A stretch of 64,000 bases of DNA from Camelus dromedarius (GCF_036321535.1 NC_087436.1:109680001-109744000); one strand, 5' to 3'. Shown: positions 1 to 13,574, counted from the first letter of the stretch. Made by a program: numbers and translations. The notes: generated from the letters alone by a model not told the origin.

Positions 1-2659
1 GAGTGGGGTGGAAGCTCAGTTTGAGGGGTCATTAGTATTATGCGTCCACAGTGGCTTCGCCCACATGGAGGCTTGCGGGGCCCTGCGTGCCCTCTGCTCC
101 CTTAAGAGGCAACATCTAGCTCTTACCAGGACAGTGGGGACAGCCCCTGTGGCCAGCAGAGACTGGAAGAAGAGGACAACTGGGACATTGCAGACCCCTT
201 TTGAAACCCGAGGAAGAGACCTGGGGAGTTTGGCAGTGCTGTGCTTTTAATATGTACCCCTTAAATTAATGAAATGGCGAAATCCTTACTAGACTGAAAA
301 TAGCAAACTGAGGAATGGAGACTGGCCTGCAGGTGAAGAGAGGCCTGCTGTTAACCAGAAAGGCTGTCCTCAGTGACTTATATGAGAAAGGAAGGAATAT
401 TATCTCTTCCTAACTTCCCCTTGGGAAAAAAAATACGTGGTTCTGAACTAGCGGGTCACAGGCGGACGGGCCACTGTCTTTTGGGGCATGTGGTCACAAG
501 CAGGAAAAGAGTGGGGAGAGCAGTGAAGGTATTTGTAACATGAATACACAAAATAAACAAGCTAAAAACGGAACCCCCTCTGTACTTTGCCCTATGTACT
601 GCCCTCGGGCCCCCTCCTGGCTTCCTGAAGCCGAGTTGTCTACCGCGGAGTGACACCTCAAGGGCAGGGAATCTTCGTGGAAGGAAGAAATCATCAAAAG
701 CCATCACATCATAAGCATTTTTTTGTGTGTCCCTTATATTTCAGTCTGTCTCAATGAGGGGCCCTCGGACAGGAAAATGATGGGGCTGGCAGAGATGGGA
801 AGTGTGCTGGTTGTACAGAGGATAAAGTAATACCTGGCAGAGTGTCCCTGTTGTCCCACGATATTCCGTCTAGCGAAGGAGACAGAGAAGAGCCTCCTTC
901 ATTAGGAGACAGGGTGACTAGTCCGAGGAGAGGGGCTCACGGAGCATCAGAGGGGTCACCCTCCGTTAGGGCCGGTTCAACTGCTTCCTTTTAAAGTGAG
1001 GCGCTGAAGCCCAGGGAACTTAATGGACTCATGTTGGGTCACACGGTTCTTCAGAGGCAATCTTTGACTAAAGCTCAGCTTCTGGGGTGCAGATGGCCCG
1101 GAAGGACAGAGGAATACATAAAGAGGGCAAGAAGAGGCATCTTTTGTTCCTCCTTCTGTGCTTAGAGAGTCAGACTGCTGCGTGGAATCAGAATAGAGGA
1201 TCCTGATTTGCTCAGCTATGTGAATTATGGCAGATGAATACAACCTAATTTTGTGTTTGAAGTGAAATACTTTCAGTTGTTTCAAATTAGCACTATTGTA
1301 TCTGTGCTACCAATAGCCAAGTGAACTATGGAAAACCGAACAGCTTCTACAAAACAAACGCGTATCTGTGCCACAGAAGTAAAACCTCAGACATCATTGC
1401 AAAACACAAAAAATACACATTGTCAACTGCGTGTGAGCCAAGGCAGTCGCTTCTAGAGCGGCTCAGTTTTCAGGATGTATTTTAAAATATTTACAGCGGA
1501 TGCTTCCTATTCATCAGCCATTTAATGAAATAGGAGCATTAATAAAATCAGTTTTCACCTGTGATAGAGACTTAAAACACTGTCACTAATGACAGGTATA
1601 CAACTGTTTTGCTGGATACGTGCCAGCCCAAGGACCTTAAACAATAGTCATTTTTAGAATAACGTCAAACAAGAAAGAAAAGGTTGAACTGTGAAACAGA
1701 TTGAGAACATGAGGAAAGTAGGGTCTCCTTTTAAATTTCCTAACCAACTAGAGAATCAGACTGGAAAGAATAAGCATTGATCAGATAACAACAATAAAAA
1801 AAAAAAGGCTAATTCCATCTCCAAAGATAAATAATTGCTTTTTGCTTTCCATAGCTCGAGGGAAGCCTGAAGCCAAGAGTAATTTATAATCTCACTTGCA
1901 ATTACTTTTTTTCCCAACATTTTATGAGCATTATGTCTGTGCTTTCAATCAAGCATGTTCAAGCAATAGCAAATTGGTCTCCAACGTAGCGAATTATTAA
2001 TTAAGGACTCAGATGTGTTTTACAGAGCAATGGAAGCTAAAATCAATGGGTGTCTAACCTGAGGGTTAGGCTCAGACCATGTCAGAAGGAGAGAAATCTA
2101 TTCCCAGGCTGTCCTAATGAGATATTAAATGATTGTTTGAAAATCATGCTATAGCAGGATTACATGAAATAGACCTTTCTATATACTTTTTCCCTCCATT
2201 TTTTTCTAACCCTGGGAAACAGAGCAATTTAATTCCTTGTGATGGTTCCCACTGGTACCACTAGGCTTTTCTGGGAGTTAAGAAAAAAATGAAAAGTTGT
2301 GTTTGAGCTATATGCCGGAGAAGGAAAACGGAACATTTCTTAGAAATTAGTTAAGAAAGAGAATGGAATCCCCTCAGTTTCTTATGCTCACTTTATCATG
2401 GCCAGTCCATTTTCCAAGATTATACTGTCCATATAGTGGAATTTCAGTTATCTCAACTAGCGGTCCCTTGGATTCCAACAGTGGCACAAAAGTATTGTTC
2501 CTATAATGTATTGGGGCCCTAGAAGACCAGTATGGGCCGATTTAATCAAGGGGAGCGGGGAAGGAAGCGAATATTTGTTGGGGAATAATTAAGTGGTGGA
2601 CACAGTGCTATCCAGCCAAATCTTCTCTTTAGAACAATATTCGTGCTTGGAAACAGAAC

Positions 2660-2776
2660 ACATCCTTCTCATTTGTAGAGAAGAAACTTAGGGCTTAGAA
2701 GTTAAGTATCTTTACCAAGTTTTCACTGCTAATAAATGAAGAGGTGTGATATGAAGCCAGGTGTGTCTGTCTTCCA
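2660..2776 (-). mobile_element. MIR SINE fragment
   Basis: catttgtagagaagaaacttagggcttagaagttaagtatctttaccaag...gaagccaggtgtgtctgtcttcca resembles the reverse MIR core (cattttacagatgaggaaactgaggctcagagaggttaagtaacttgcccaagg). Confidence 0.7.
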
Positions 2777-5364
2777 GTTAGTATGCGTGCAATCAAGATG
2801 TAAAAGCAGCCCAACTGATTACATATCTGTGAATCTTTTTTTGTATGCCAGGTTTGTCTCTCTTGGAAGGAAATTCTTGGCTTGTGGCTTTAGAAATCTT
2901 ACCGAAACAATATAACTTCAGGCAAGCTGTTGAACTTCTTACAGACTAAATTTCCACATCAGTAAAATTACAGAGTTGCAATAGATGTTGCCAAGGGTTA
3001 CTCTGAGCCCCTAAGGGTTTTATTTTCCTGCCATATTGGCAAGTTTTTCTCTCCCATTCAAATCATTTTGTTTTCCTCTCCCAATCTGATATTGACAAAG
3101 CTAGATAATATAAAAATTTTCTTAAAGGGCATATTAACTTACCAGGAAATAAAGCTGATGGGAAAGACTGAAAATAGGGCAGCGTTTATTTCTGTGTGGA
3201 AACACTTTTTTTTTTTTTAATAAATTTAAATTTATAATTCTGGTGCATTTTTGAAGGTGATTATAATTAAGTGGTTCTTTGTAAGACAATATCTAAATAC
3301 TATACCATTTTATTTTCCCTACTAGAAAACACATATTGTTATGAAGATAGGTTGTGATGACATAAAAAAAAATTTCATAACGATCCGTCTTCTGCCTTTG
3401 CTCATTTTATGGGTTTTAAACGATCCATTTGATGCAAGCTTGCCAAAAGTAATCCAAATATAAAAATAGTGAAGAAAACATTATATCTATAAAAATAATT
3501 TTAATAGAGTATCTGGAAAGGCTCCTTATGCTTCATGATCTGGTTAGAATGAAATTATAGGTAAAAGTTCCAGAACTGAAAATGTTATACTAAAATTAGT
3601 GATCTCCCTTGAATTAGGATAAAAATCTAGCTGTACACAGTTTACAACAGACTCAGCTAAAATAAAATGTCACGTAATACTTGCAAGTAAAAGAAAAAAT
3701 ATATTTATATGCACACACACACACAGAAGATATGTTAGGCAAATGGAAACATAAAAATAAAATTTCAGAGGTAATGATAATATTAAATAAAGTAACCTTT
3801 AAATATTAAAGTCTTAATCAAGATAGTCATATTTTGCATAAAAAGGGGGGAAGAATATAAATCCAAGAAGAATATAAACAATCTGCGAACTATTTGATAC
3901 TTAACACCAAGGCAAAGAGAATTAACAAAATAAAACTCTTATTAAGAGCCAGAATTTGATAGATCAGGTAGTTTTTAAAACCATAAGCATAAACTAGATT
4001 ACACTACAAAACTGACAAAAGTGACTCAACTCCTGCTCATGGGATTTTATACCCTAGAAAATGCATACTTTTCTCTTGTGACCAAGAATCAATAGGTAAA
4101 TAAATAAATAAATGGCACAAAACTACTTATAAAATAAATTTAAATAAATTTACAAAGGTGGAAAATTCAGAGGCCACATTATTTGGCTGAAAGCCAAAAA
4201 ATATAGAGTCTTGTAAAAAAAAAAAAAACCACATTTTTATATTGTCCATAATAAAAAGTAATCTAAATGAATAAAATATATATAAAATAAAACTATAATT
4301 GCAAATTACTTACAGATTAACAAAAATTAGACCACTTCATATAAAAGCATTTTGTATGCATCTAAAACCATACACAAAAGAAAAATCAAAGCTTTTGAAT
4401 TATTTCATTAATAAAAAAGAAAGAGTATAAAAGAATGGGTTAATACTGAGCTTAAGAAATTTTAACAGTAAAAAAGAATGATTAATAGGAAAATTTAAAT
4501 AGAAACTTTTGTGAACAAAAAAAATACCAAGAAGAAAAAAATTAACAAAATTAAAAGCTGGTCAAATTAAGTAAATAATTATGCTTATAAAAAAAGGCAA
4601 AAAATATTTGCAACTTTAAAAGTAACCAAAGAATATAATAAAAATTACAATAAGATAAATATTATAAACAATTATAAGATTTCATAAAAGGGAATGCAAA
4701 AAATTTAATGAAGAGAGAATATTTTATGATACTACAAACTTCCAAAATAAATTTAGTTAGGAAGCATGAAAAGATACATTTTTAAAGGAAAATTATGAAA
4801 AATAAGTTCTAACCCTAAAAATCTACCAGCAAAGTTGAATTTTTAGGTAAATTTTATCAAATCTTTTGAGAATGGAAACTATGTACATTATGAAATTATT
4901 TCAGAACATAGACAATATGGATATTTTGCTAGCTTGCATAACTTCATACCAAAATGTGATAAAAATGACACTGAAAAATTAAGCTATGGAAGAGTAATGC
5001 TTGAACTATAAATAAAGGAAGCTATGCTATAAATCAGGTATAGTTTATTTCAAGAACGCAAGGTGATAAACTTTGAGAAACCACCTAGTATATTCCAGTG
5101 TCTAAAGTTACGATTACGTTAGTAGATAAATAAATTAATAATATTCTACACTTATTACAATTTTTAAAATACTAAATAAAATGGAAATAGAACAAAACTT
5201 CCTTAAAAAACTAAAAGAATTTCATTTATGTTTGGCAACAAATGCCTTCATAAGTGTATTGATAAATTTTATTAAATTCAAGATTAAATCAAGAATGCTG
5301 ATTGTCACCACTACACCACTTTCATTTAGCACTGTTTTAGATTATTCAGCTAAAGAAGAGACAA

Positions 5365-5620
5365 CAGCCTCATGTTTGGTTGTATGATCTTAGAAGTCAG
5401 AAACAGAATTTTCTTCTGATTCTGGGACACATATTGCCTGGAATACCTTGGGCAATTCCTTACTCCTTGTAAACTTAAATTTGTCATCTGTGGGAAAAGA
5501 TATTGGTCTCTCTCTCTCTCAGAAGTATTATGAGGATTCGATCTAATAACCCCTGTATAGCGATTAGCAAAATGTCTGATACTTTATCAGTTACTAATTA
5601 ATAAAATGACTATTAACCAT
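5365..5620 (+). mobile_element. MIR SINE within the old L1
   Basis: accttgggcaattccttactccttgtaaacttaaatttgtcatctgtggg...attatgaggattcgatctaataacccctgtatagcgattagcaaaatgtctg matches the MIR core and 3' part. Confidence 0.7.
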
Positions 5621-6149
5621 ATTAGTCATTATTACTATAATCCTTATCATAATTGTTGTTATCATCTTATATTTTAACCCAAAAGTAGGGAAATTCAATC
5701 AGGTGACTGGATAGAACGAAATTAGTCAAATTCAAATTATTTTGTTCATATTTACAATGGCACATCTGAACATATACTGGGAAAACAAACCAAATCCAAA
5801 AAATAAAATACAAAACAAACAAAAAATCTAAGCTAAAATTATAAAATATAAATATACTTATGTAATATAAATCTACATTAGACCTAATATTAACACATCT
5901 ATAAAATGTTACTACAATATTTAAAACAAGATTTTAATAATTAAAGAGTTATCCTCTGGAATGGAATGATGTCTTCCTATCTCAAATAATGCAGACATTT
6001 AATTCAATTTAAATCAAAATCCCACCTTTTGATAATTTTGCAAGAAATTTCAAGTGTCAGCTGGAAGAGTAAATGTAAAAGAAAGGCAAAGATGAAACTG
6101 AAAAAGAGTATATATACATATATGTGTGTGTGTATATATGTATATATAT

Positions 6150-6217
6150 CAGAAACTGTACACCAGAAGTTAACACAACATTGTAAGTCAACTATACTTC
6201 AATAAATTTTTTAAAAA
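6150..6217 (+). mobile_element. Very short young L1 3' tail (artiodactyl/camelid type)
   Basis: ctgtacaccagaagttaacacaacattgtaagtcaactatacttcaataaa is the terminal 3'UTR and polyA signal of cetartiodactyl L1. Confidence 0.75.
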
Positions 6218-6254
6218 TAGTGTATGTGTGTGTGTATTATATATATATAATACA

Positions 6255-6707
6255 CACACAATGGAATATTACTCAGCATAAAAAATGAAATAATACCATT
6301 TGTTGCACCACAGATGGACCTAGAGATTATCATACTAAGTGAAGCAAGTCAAAGAAAGACAAATATCATTTGATATCACTTATATGTGGAATCTTAATAA
6401 AAAGATATAAATGAATTTATTTATAAAACAGAACTAAACTCACAGACATAGAAAACAAACCTATGTTACTAAAGGAGAAAGGGGAAGAAGGGTATATTAG
6501 GAGTTTAGGATATACACAAAATAAACAACAAGGTCCTACTGTTGAGCACAGGGAACTACATTCAATATCTTGTAATAACCTATAATGAAAAAAATATGTA
6601 TTAATATAATTATGCATATATGTATATATAACTGAATCACTTTGCTATACACCAGAAACTAGAAACAACATTGTAAATCAACAATACATCAATAAAAAAT
6701 AAAATAA
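6255..6707 (+). mobile_element. 5'-truncated young L1 (ORF2 C-terminus plus 3'UTR, artiodactyl type)
   Basis: acaatggaatattactcagc...gatggacctagagattatcatactaagtgaag...aacaaggtcctactg..gagcacagggaactacattcaatatcttgtaataacctataatg...cattgtaaatcaacaatacatcaataaaaaat. Confidence 0.9.
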
Positions 6708-7321
6708 GAGACCAAGAAAATATTGAAAAATATGACTAATGAAGGTACACCTGTGCTCTTAGAATTATAATATACTAAGGAGAAAACAATATAAAAGGCG
6801 TGCATAAGGATAAATAAATCTTAGGAACCAAATTTAATAATCCAGAAACAGAGCAATGTATAATGGAAATCTCATGAGCTAAACATGTTTCAAAAGAGTG
6901 AGAAAATAATAGGATATTCAATAATAATTTTGGTACAAAATGCTGTTCGCATTGAAGCAAGTGTCACCTTTCTCCCACACAGCTCACACAAAAAATAAAT
7001 TCCAAATGATTTCATGCTTTCAAGGTTTAATTTAAAGACTAAAAAGAAAAATTAGTATGAGCTACAGGGGACCATTTTTATAAGCCTGAGAATTTTTAAG
7101 CATAAGGTAAACTCCCAAATTTACAAAGAAAATCATTGACAGGTTTGACTATTCAAAAAATATAAATTTTGTGTGGCAGAAGACAGTATCAGTTAAAGTC
7201 TAAATGACAGAAATTGCTTTGAATGCATTTTATAACATAGTTCTCTTATCTATAATGTATTTCAACCCTCTACTAATTAAAACAAGAAATAATTTAAAAA
7301 AATAATGAAATAATCGAATCA

Positions 7322-7580
7322 TAGGAAGTCAAACACTCTATGATTTCAGTTATGTGAGGTACCTGAAATAGTGAAATTCATAGAATCAAAGTAGAATGGT
7401 GGTGGTCAGGGGCTGGGTTGAGGGAGAAATGAGGAGTTATTAACGAATGGGCATAAAGTGTCAGTTCAGCAAGATGAGTAAGCTCTAGAGATTTGCTGTA
7501 CAACATTGCACCTGTAACAATAATGTTGTACAGTTAAAAACTGGTTAAGAGAGTAGATTTTGTTTTAAGTATTCTTACCA
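7322..7580 (+). mobile_element. L1MA/L1MB-type 3' end
   Basis: tatgtgaggtacctgaaatagtgaaattcatagaatcaaagtagaatggtggt..ggggctggg...agttcagcaagatgagtaagctctagagatttgctgtacaacat...ttaagtattcttacca. Confidence 0.85.
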
Positions 7581-7586
7581 TCGTCG

Positions 7587-7587
<1 letters not shown>

Positions 7588-7616
<29 letters not shown>
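7588..7616. repeat. (CAT)n microsatellite at the L1 tail
   Basis: About 9 perfect CAT units are directly visible. Confidence 0.95.
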
Positions 7617-7617
<1 letters not shown>

Positions 7618-7774
7618 CTTCCCAGGCAATTCACGTAAGAATGACATCAATGTATAAAAATATGAGAAGCAGCTAACGTTCAATAATTATGAAGGAAAGG
7701 CAAAATAAGCTGATAAAAACAATATTTAAGATGTAGCCTTTTATCAGAGACTGGCCAAAGAAAATGTGAAAGAC

Positions 7775-8230
7775 TATAGTCAGTTGAATTGTGTTCCCAA
7801 CAAGGTATGTCCGCATTTTAACCCGTCACCTGTGACTGTGACTTTATTTGGAAATAGGGTCTTTGCAGATAAATTAAATTGAAGATTGAAATGAGATCAT
7901 GCTGGAGTTAGGGCCCACACTAAATCCAATGACAGGTATCCTCACACTTCAGAAAAAGAGAAGACACAGAGACATAGAGGGAAAAGTCACGGGAAGACAG
8001 AGGCAGAGATGGGAGGGATACAGCCACAAGCAAAGAAATGCCAAGGGTTGCCCATAGCCGCCAGGATCTGGGAGAGAGCAATGGGCAGATTCTCCTCCAG
8101 AGCCTCTGGAAGGAACTGACAACAGCTAACATTTTGATTTCAGACTTCTGGCCACTGGAATTGTGGAAAAACTTGTTTACGACCTGCAGTTTGTGGTGAT
8201 TTATAATGGCTGCCTCAGGAAACTAGTACA
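7775..8230 (+). mobile_element. MaLR solo LTR (MLT1C-like)
   Basis: gttgaattgtgttccc...gtgactttatttggaaatagggtctttgcagat...gaagacagaggcagagatggga...gattctcctccagagcctctggaagga...ggaaactagtaca. Confidence 0.88.
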
Positions 8231-9299
8231 GGATGGGTAACGTTTAGATTTTGCAAAGAAGTAGGGAGTGAACTATCTTTCATGTTTAAATGGATGAAAT
8301 TGAATATTTGCAGATAATTAGGAAGGATATTGCCATAAAAATCTGTATAACCATGACTCCAGTAGCCCGTGGGTTCATAAAGATAAGCACATGGAAATAT
8401 ATTGCAGCAATGTATGTAATAGAAAACAGAAAGAAACTAAAAATCTCTCAGTAAGAAAATGACTTAATAAATTACGGTGAGGTTATAAAGTTTTTTATCT
8501 ATAATCAAAATAAAATCATTATATGTAATTAAAAATTAAGAAATGTAAGTATATCGGCTGGGAAAGACATCCCTACTTTATTAAATTAATAACAAGTTAG
8601 AGAACAATATATTTGAAGTGACCTCACTTGGTAAGAGACATACATACATGTGTTCATATATATGATTTTGCATATGTGCTGTGTTTGCAGGTGTTTATTT
8701 ATACAGACACATGTGTATATGCAGTATGTACATGAGCATGTTTGTAGGTGTGTACTTTATAGGGACAGAGAAGTTTGAAAGTTCATGCACAAAACTCTTA
8801 AGAATATTTATTTCTAGAAGATCATCTTGTTTCACTCTATACATGAAATGAAAGTAACCAACGATCGGCATCCTGGTCCTCTGGCTTGCAGTTGGGCTGG
8901 GAGAGAATCCAAGGTACCCAGAAAAAAATATAAGGGAAGTCTGAGTTGAGAGTATTTGTTCCAGCATTTCCTGTCCTGTCAGGTCATCATGAATTGGCTG
9001 TGTCCCCCTATTAAATGTTATGGTGTTAGGGGTGTTTGGCAGGAGGCCCAGTTCACACAGATGTCTCTCTGGGTTCTGGAACTGCTTCTTTCTCGCCTCT
9101 TCAGGACTAAAATAACAATGGCTGTCTTGACTACCCCTGAGGCATCCCCCATTGTTGGTTACATTTCCTAAGTACTGTCCGCACCTTGGTCAATCGTCCA
9201 CGATCATCTTTCATTTACTCAGTTCAAGTATGTCTCTGTTTCTTTCCTGGTGAGTTTCCCTGTCCAGTATTCACTGACCGGAGTTCCCTGACTTGGAAC

Positions 9300-9740
9300 C
9301 CACCTGGCCTAGGTGAGGCTAACCCATGGCTGGAACCCCATTTTTGCCAATATAATAAGTTCACTTCTCAAGTCTCATCGATTGACCTTGGTCTGAGCAT
9401 ATAACTTATCAAGCTGGGTGAGTCAGAGACAAGCACAGGAATTCTGCTGGAGTTAAAGGAAAATATTCTCTTCCAATTGTATTGATCTGTCCCTTGATAA
9501 ACCGAAAACCTAATGCTATTTTTGTCACCTTATGGAAGAAGCCTGAGAGAATGATGGCAGGACAGGGAAAGACAGAATTGGGAAATGAAGACCAGTGTAT
9601 TCCTGATGGTATAATGTGACCACGTTATTCAGCCATATCTGTACCTGGACTATCCATGAACTCATAAGTTGTAATGAGTAAGTGAAGCTGATAAACTCTT
9701 TTTCTTTTTTCTAATTTCAGTTGCAGTCCTGGATGAAACA
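9300..9740 (+). mobile_element. Old MaLR LTR (MLT1K/L-like), degraded
   Basis: gaagcctgagagaatgatggcaggacagggaaagacagaattgggaaatgaag...tcctgatggtataatgtgacc..ttcagccatatctg...gataaactcttttt resembles the MLT1K/L 3' half. Confidence 0.55.
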
Positions 9741-10660
9741 AATATCTTGCCCTCTGTCCCGCCAGCCCAGGGCAGTGATGTATCCTTATGCTGGTTAGCT
9801 ATGGGTGTCATGACCTTGTGCGATAAACTCTGCTCTAAAATTGAGGTTATAGTTGATATCATGCCCATTCAGGTTCCTACATTATTAATTTCTCTCCCTC
9901 TCTCTCTCTCATCCATCTATCTTAGAAATTTAAACTAGAAATAATGAGTAAATTTTATAATGGTTTGGAAGAAAGCAAGAAAGAAAAGTCCACTAGTTAA
10001 CAGCTAACTCGTATCTTTGTGCTGTCATGCTATTTCACAAAGCTCCAAGTACTAACATCCCAGAGCTGGTGAGAATCCAGATAGTTCCTTGGCTCCAATC
10101 TTCATGAAATTTGGACCTTCTTTAATGGAAAAAAAGAGTTGTGTTTCTAGTCCCTTATTTCTCTATGTACTTTACTACAGTCCTGTTCAATTGAACTGGT
10201 TTGTGTGGATGGCCGATCCTTTAATGGAAAAAAAAAAATCTTAGCTAAAGGATTTATTGAAATGGACCCATGTTCAGTTTATGTTTGCTGAGGAAAGCTT
10301 TAAAATAATATGCTTTGGTTTCAAACTTCTCTCTCTCTCTTTCCCACTTTCTTTAGCTAAGCTTTACTAGTCTTGATATCGATGCTTATATGAATACACG
10401 TCTATGCTGACACCACTGTTACCCACGCCTATGTCTGCATGCCGGCACTTGTGCTGATTTCACACTGACAGCTACTTTTATATCATCAATGAGCTGTTAC
10501 CTCTGAATTTCAATTCTGCCTCAGCAAGCGTTATAAACCCTGACTATTAGGAAACCAAAATGATGATTTTTTTCTTTAAATAACATGAATATTTTTCATG
10601 TTTTCCTCTAACACCATAAAGATAAGTCATATCACCTAAACATGCATTATTAAAAATAAA

Positions 10661-10908
10661 TTTTTATTGAAGTACAGTCAGTTTACAATGTTGTGTCAAT
10701 TTCTGGTGTACAGCACAATACTCAGTCACACAGGAACATACATACATTCTCATATTCTTCTTCACCGTAAGCTACTACAAGATATTGAATGTGGTTCCCT
10801 GTGCTATACAGTATAAACTTGTTGTTTATCTATTTTATATATATTACCATCTGCAAATCTTGAACTTGCAATTTATCCCTTCCCACCTTCTTCCCCCCGC
10901 TGGAAACA
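10661..10908 (-). mobile_element. 5'-truncated young L1 3' end (camelid type)
   Basis: tttttattgaagtacagtcagtttacaatgttgtgtcaatttctggtgtacagca...gatattgaatgtggttccctgtgctatacagta. Flanks are similar (aaacatgcattattaaaaataaat / aaacattcatttttaaataaat), consistent with a degenerate TSD. Confidence 0.9.
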
Positions 10909-12006
10909 TTCATTTTTAAATAAATGTTCATTTTCTCTTCCGACCCATACCCCAGCTTTCCCTCACCTCCATCTTCCAGGTTCTCCTCTCAGACATTACC
11001 CTTAGTCCAAGCCAAAGCTTCTTCTAGTAACCCTCTTGCTTGTCCTGATTTGGAACATCTAATGTCCAAAGGGCTGTTCTAGGCATGGGAGGACACCCTA
11101 TGGAGGGCTGAACAAAGGGAGTAGAAAGAGAAATGGAAGGACCCAGACAGGATTCTGTTTCACAGGTGTGGAAAATGCGAAGTGTGGGAATTCCCTGGCT
11201 AATTTCGGCTTTGTTCCGTAAATTATAAATTTACAGAAAACTTTAGGAATATTCACCACAATTCAGCAGTGGTTCTTTTTGAAGGGTGACTCTTCTTTAT
11301 TTTCAGCTCTGTATTTTGGCATGTTTTGCAATAGGCATTTATTACTTTAAAAAAGTCACAAAAGTATGAATTCACTAAAGAAGTGAATATTCGAAAGGCA
11401 CACATGGCTAAGCAAAGTGATACTGAAAACGTCAACATCTTTTGGAGACCCGTACTATGAGGAATGAAGCAATCTTCCCTGAGATGACTCCCTGCTGGGT
11501 ACGTAGCACCACTGACACTTCCCTCAGGGCCTGTCATGCTCCTCACCTAACCTGGACTTGCTGGGTTTTCAAAATGGCATTGCATGATGTATGCCTCGTT
11601 TCTGGAAGATAAATCATTTTGTTCTCCGGAAAGGATTAAAATAGGATCCACAGTTTTTTTTTTTTTTTTCCCTCTGCGTTGGTGCTCTTGCTTTGATGGG
11701 ATGCCTTGAGGAGGATTGCAGAGCATCTAACCAGGTTGTTTCTCGCCCCAGCTGCAGTCGCCTTGTGCCCTCAAGGGCTCTGTGGGGCCTTTACTTTCAC
11801 TGTGCCTTCATAAGTTGGATGAAGTACTCTTTTGTGCCTTCTTCTTGGCAGAGAGCCTAACAAGTGAAGGTTAAGCTTGACTGCTTCAGTAGAAAAGAAG
11901 AAAAATATTTCCTCAGCCCTTGTGAAGGTCAGTACAACCAAGTCCCCATTAGTCACTCTCAAGTAACTAGAGAATGTGAATAGGTGGTGGGGTTCTGACT
12001 CACCCG

Positions 12007-12130
12007 CTCACTGATTCATTGTATACTTATGAAGCACTTCTTCTGTGCAGATGCTGGGGACCAGATGAGCAAGACACCCTCACTACCCAGGAGGGGCTTC
12101 TGGAATAATGGGAAAGATAGACATGAAAAG
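12007..12130 (-). mobile_element. L2 3' end fragment
   Basis: ctcactgattcattgtatacttatgaagcacttcttctgtgcagatgctggggaccagatgagcaagaca resembles the reverse L2 terminus. Confidence 0.6.
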
Positions 12131-12164
12131 GTGAAGTCCAACATGTTAATGCTGGTCATGACAG

Positions 12165-12378
12165 TGAAAAAATAAACATTGACTGAAGTCTGTGCCCAGG
12201 ATGTATTCCAAGTGCTTTGTATATATCAGCTCACAGCAACCATAGAAAGAAGGTATTGTCATTATTACTTTTTCCCTCATATAGATAAAGGAACTGAAGT
12301 CCAAAGACTTGTTCAAGGTCACATGGCAATACGTGGTAGAGCCAGAATTTAGACTCAAGAAGTCTAACTCCATTAAGC
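12165..12378 (-). mobile_element. MIR SINE
   Basis: aacattgactgaagtctgtgcccagg...catatagataaaggaactgaagtccaaagacttgttcaaggtcacatggcaatacgtggtagagccagaatttagactcaagaagtctaactcca. Confidence 0.8.
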
Positions 12379-13574
12379 GTAAGAGCTATAATAAAAGAAT
12401 GAGTCCGGTGCTGCAGGAGCCCGGGAGGAGGACAGCCACCAACTCCCAAGTAAAGGTCTCTTCATGTTAATTTCATCTTAGCTGGATTTTAAGCTCCATG
12501 GGCGACATAGAAAACCCACCTCTGTTCACAAGACAGGACTGGCAGTACAGTGATGAAACAGGCACTTTCATGCATTTCTGGTGTACTTCTGGAAAGTAAT
12601 CTCAATAAATAAACCAACTTGCTGGAAATAGTTTTATGCCTAAAAATGTTCTGTTAATTTCCGGTGACACATCAAAATGTAGAATCACCTATGTGACATT
12701 AACTGAATATCTCTTTAATAAATATCTAATTCACAGAAGAAATCACAAACATTGAAAATGAAGCTTAAATATACATAAACACACACATATATATATATGT
12801 ATACTTTTTAATTCTCGAAAGTTTTAGGTAAAAATATAAGACAAAGAACAGATCTATTCGGTGTGCTAGCTTATATGCATACGTAGCAGAGTGAAAGGAA
12901 ATAACAAAAACCTTAATAATAAGCACTATTGGAGTTTTCTCCTTTTCTTTTACTTATGCTTTATTTTTTCTTAATAATGATGTATTACACTCACAGTAGA
13001 AATTTTTTTTACAATATACTTTTTGAGTGATCACAGGAAAACAATCTATAAATAAAGCTTGGTTTATCACCAGTAGTATTTTGAAATTATCAAAAGAAAA
13101 ATTAAATTTTAACCTACTTTCATATATCAATAAATTTGCACCATTCAGAAATTTCTTTTCTTGACTGAGATGTCATCTGACTTTGGAAACAAATAGACTG
13201 TGATGAAGTGTTATAATTTCTAGAAACTCATGGCAACAAATCAAGAGATTTGTGCTAAGAGATTTTCCAGCAAAGCGGGAGCCTCTTTAGATGCTGGCTA
13301 TTTTCCCCTGGCCTCATGTCAATCTACACACCTCCGCTTCTGAACCTCTGAAGACCTCTTCCAGCTGTATTACTTTTCATTTTATCAGGTCTTGTCAGTA
13401 AAAATATTACTTAGTTGTTACTCAGAAACAAGAATAGACAACTGGGATAACAACGTAACAATTTCACTCACAGCCAGGAATTTCTTCAGCACCCAACTTC
13501 AGCTTTCTGCTTTGTTTTAAATTATTTAAAACTCTCCCATGTGAAATCTTAGCTACATCCAACCAGGACGCCCT

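Larger units (their letters stand above)
3550..8620 (+). mobile_element. Ancient, heavily decayed L1 (L1M/L1ME-like) ORF2 to 3' remnant, interrupted by several younger insertions
   Basis: Very A-rich strand bias. Endonuclease-like segment ggataaaaatctagctgtacacagtttacaacagactcagctaaaata (~3617-3664). RT-region-like aagaatgctgattgtcaccactacaccactttcatttagcactgttttag (~5290-5340). Further collinear pieces at ~5680-6100, 6710-7290, 7620-7770 and 8240-8620. No intact ORF. Confidence 0.75.

Noticed and set aside
9721..9845. Acceptor tttttctaatttcag with an open frame behind it
   Set aside because: The pyrimidine tract appears to be the 3' part of an old MLT1 LTR, the donors are weak, and I recognise no homology
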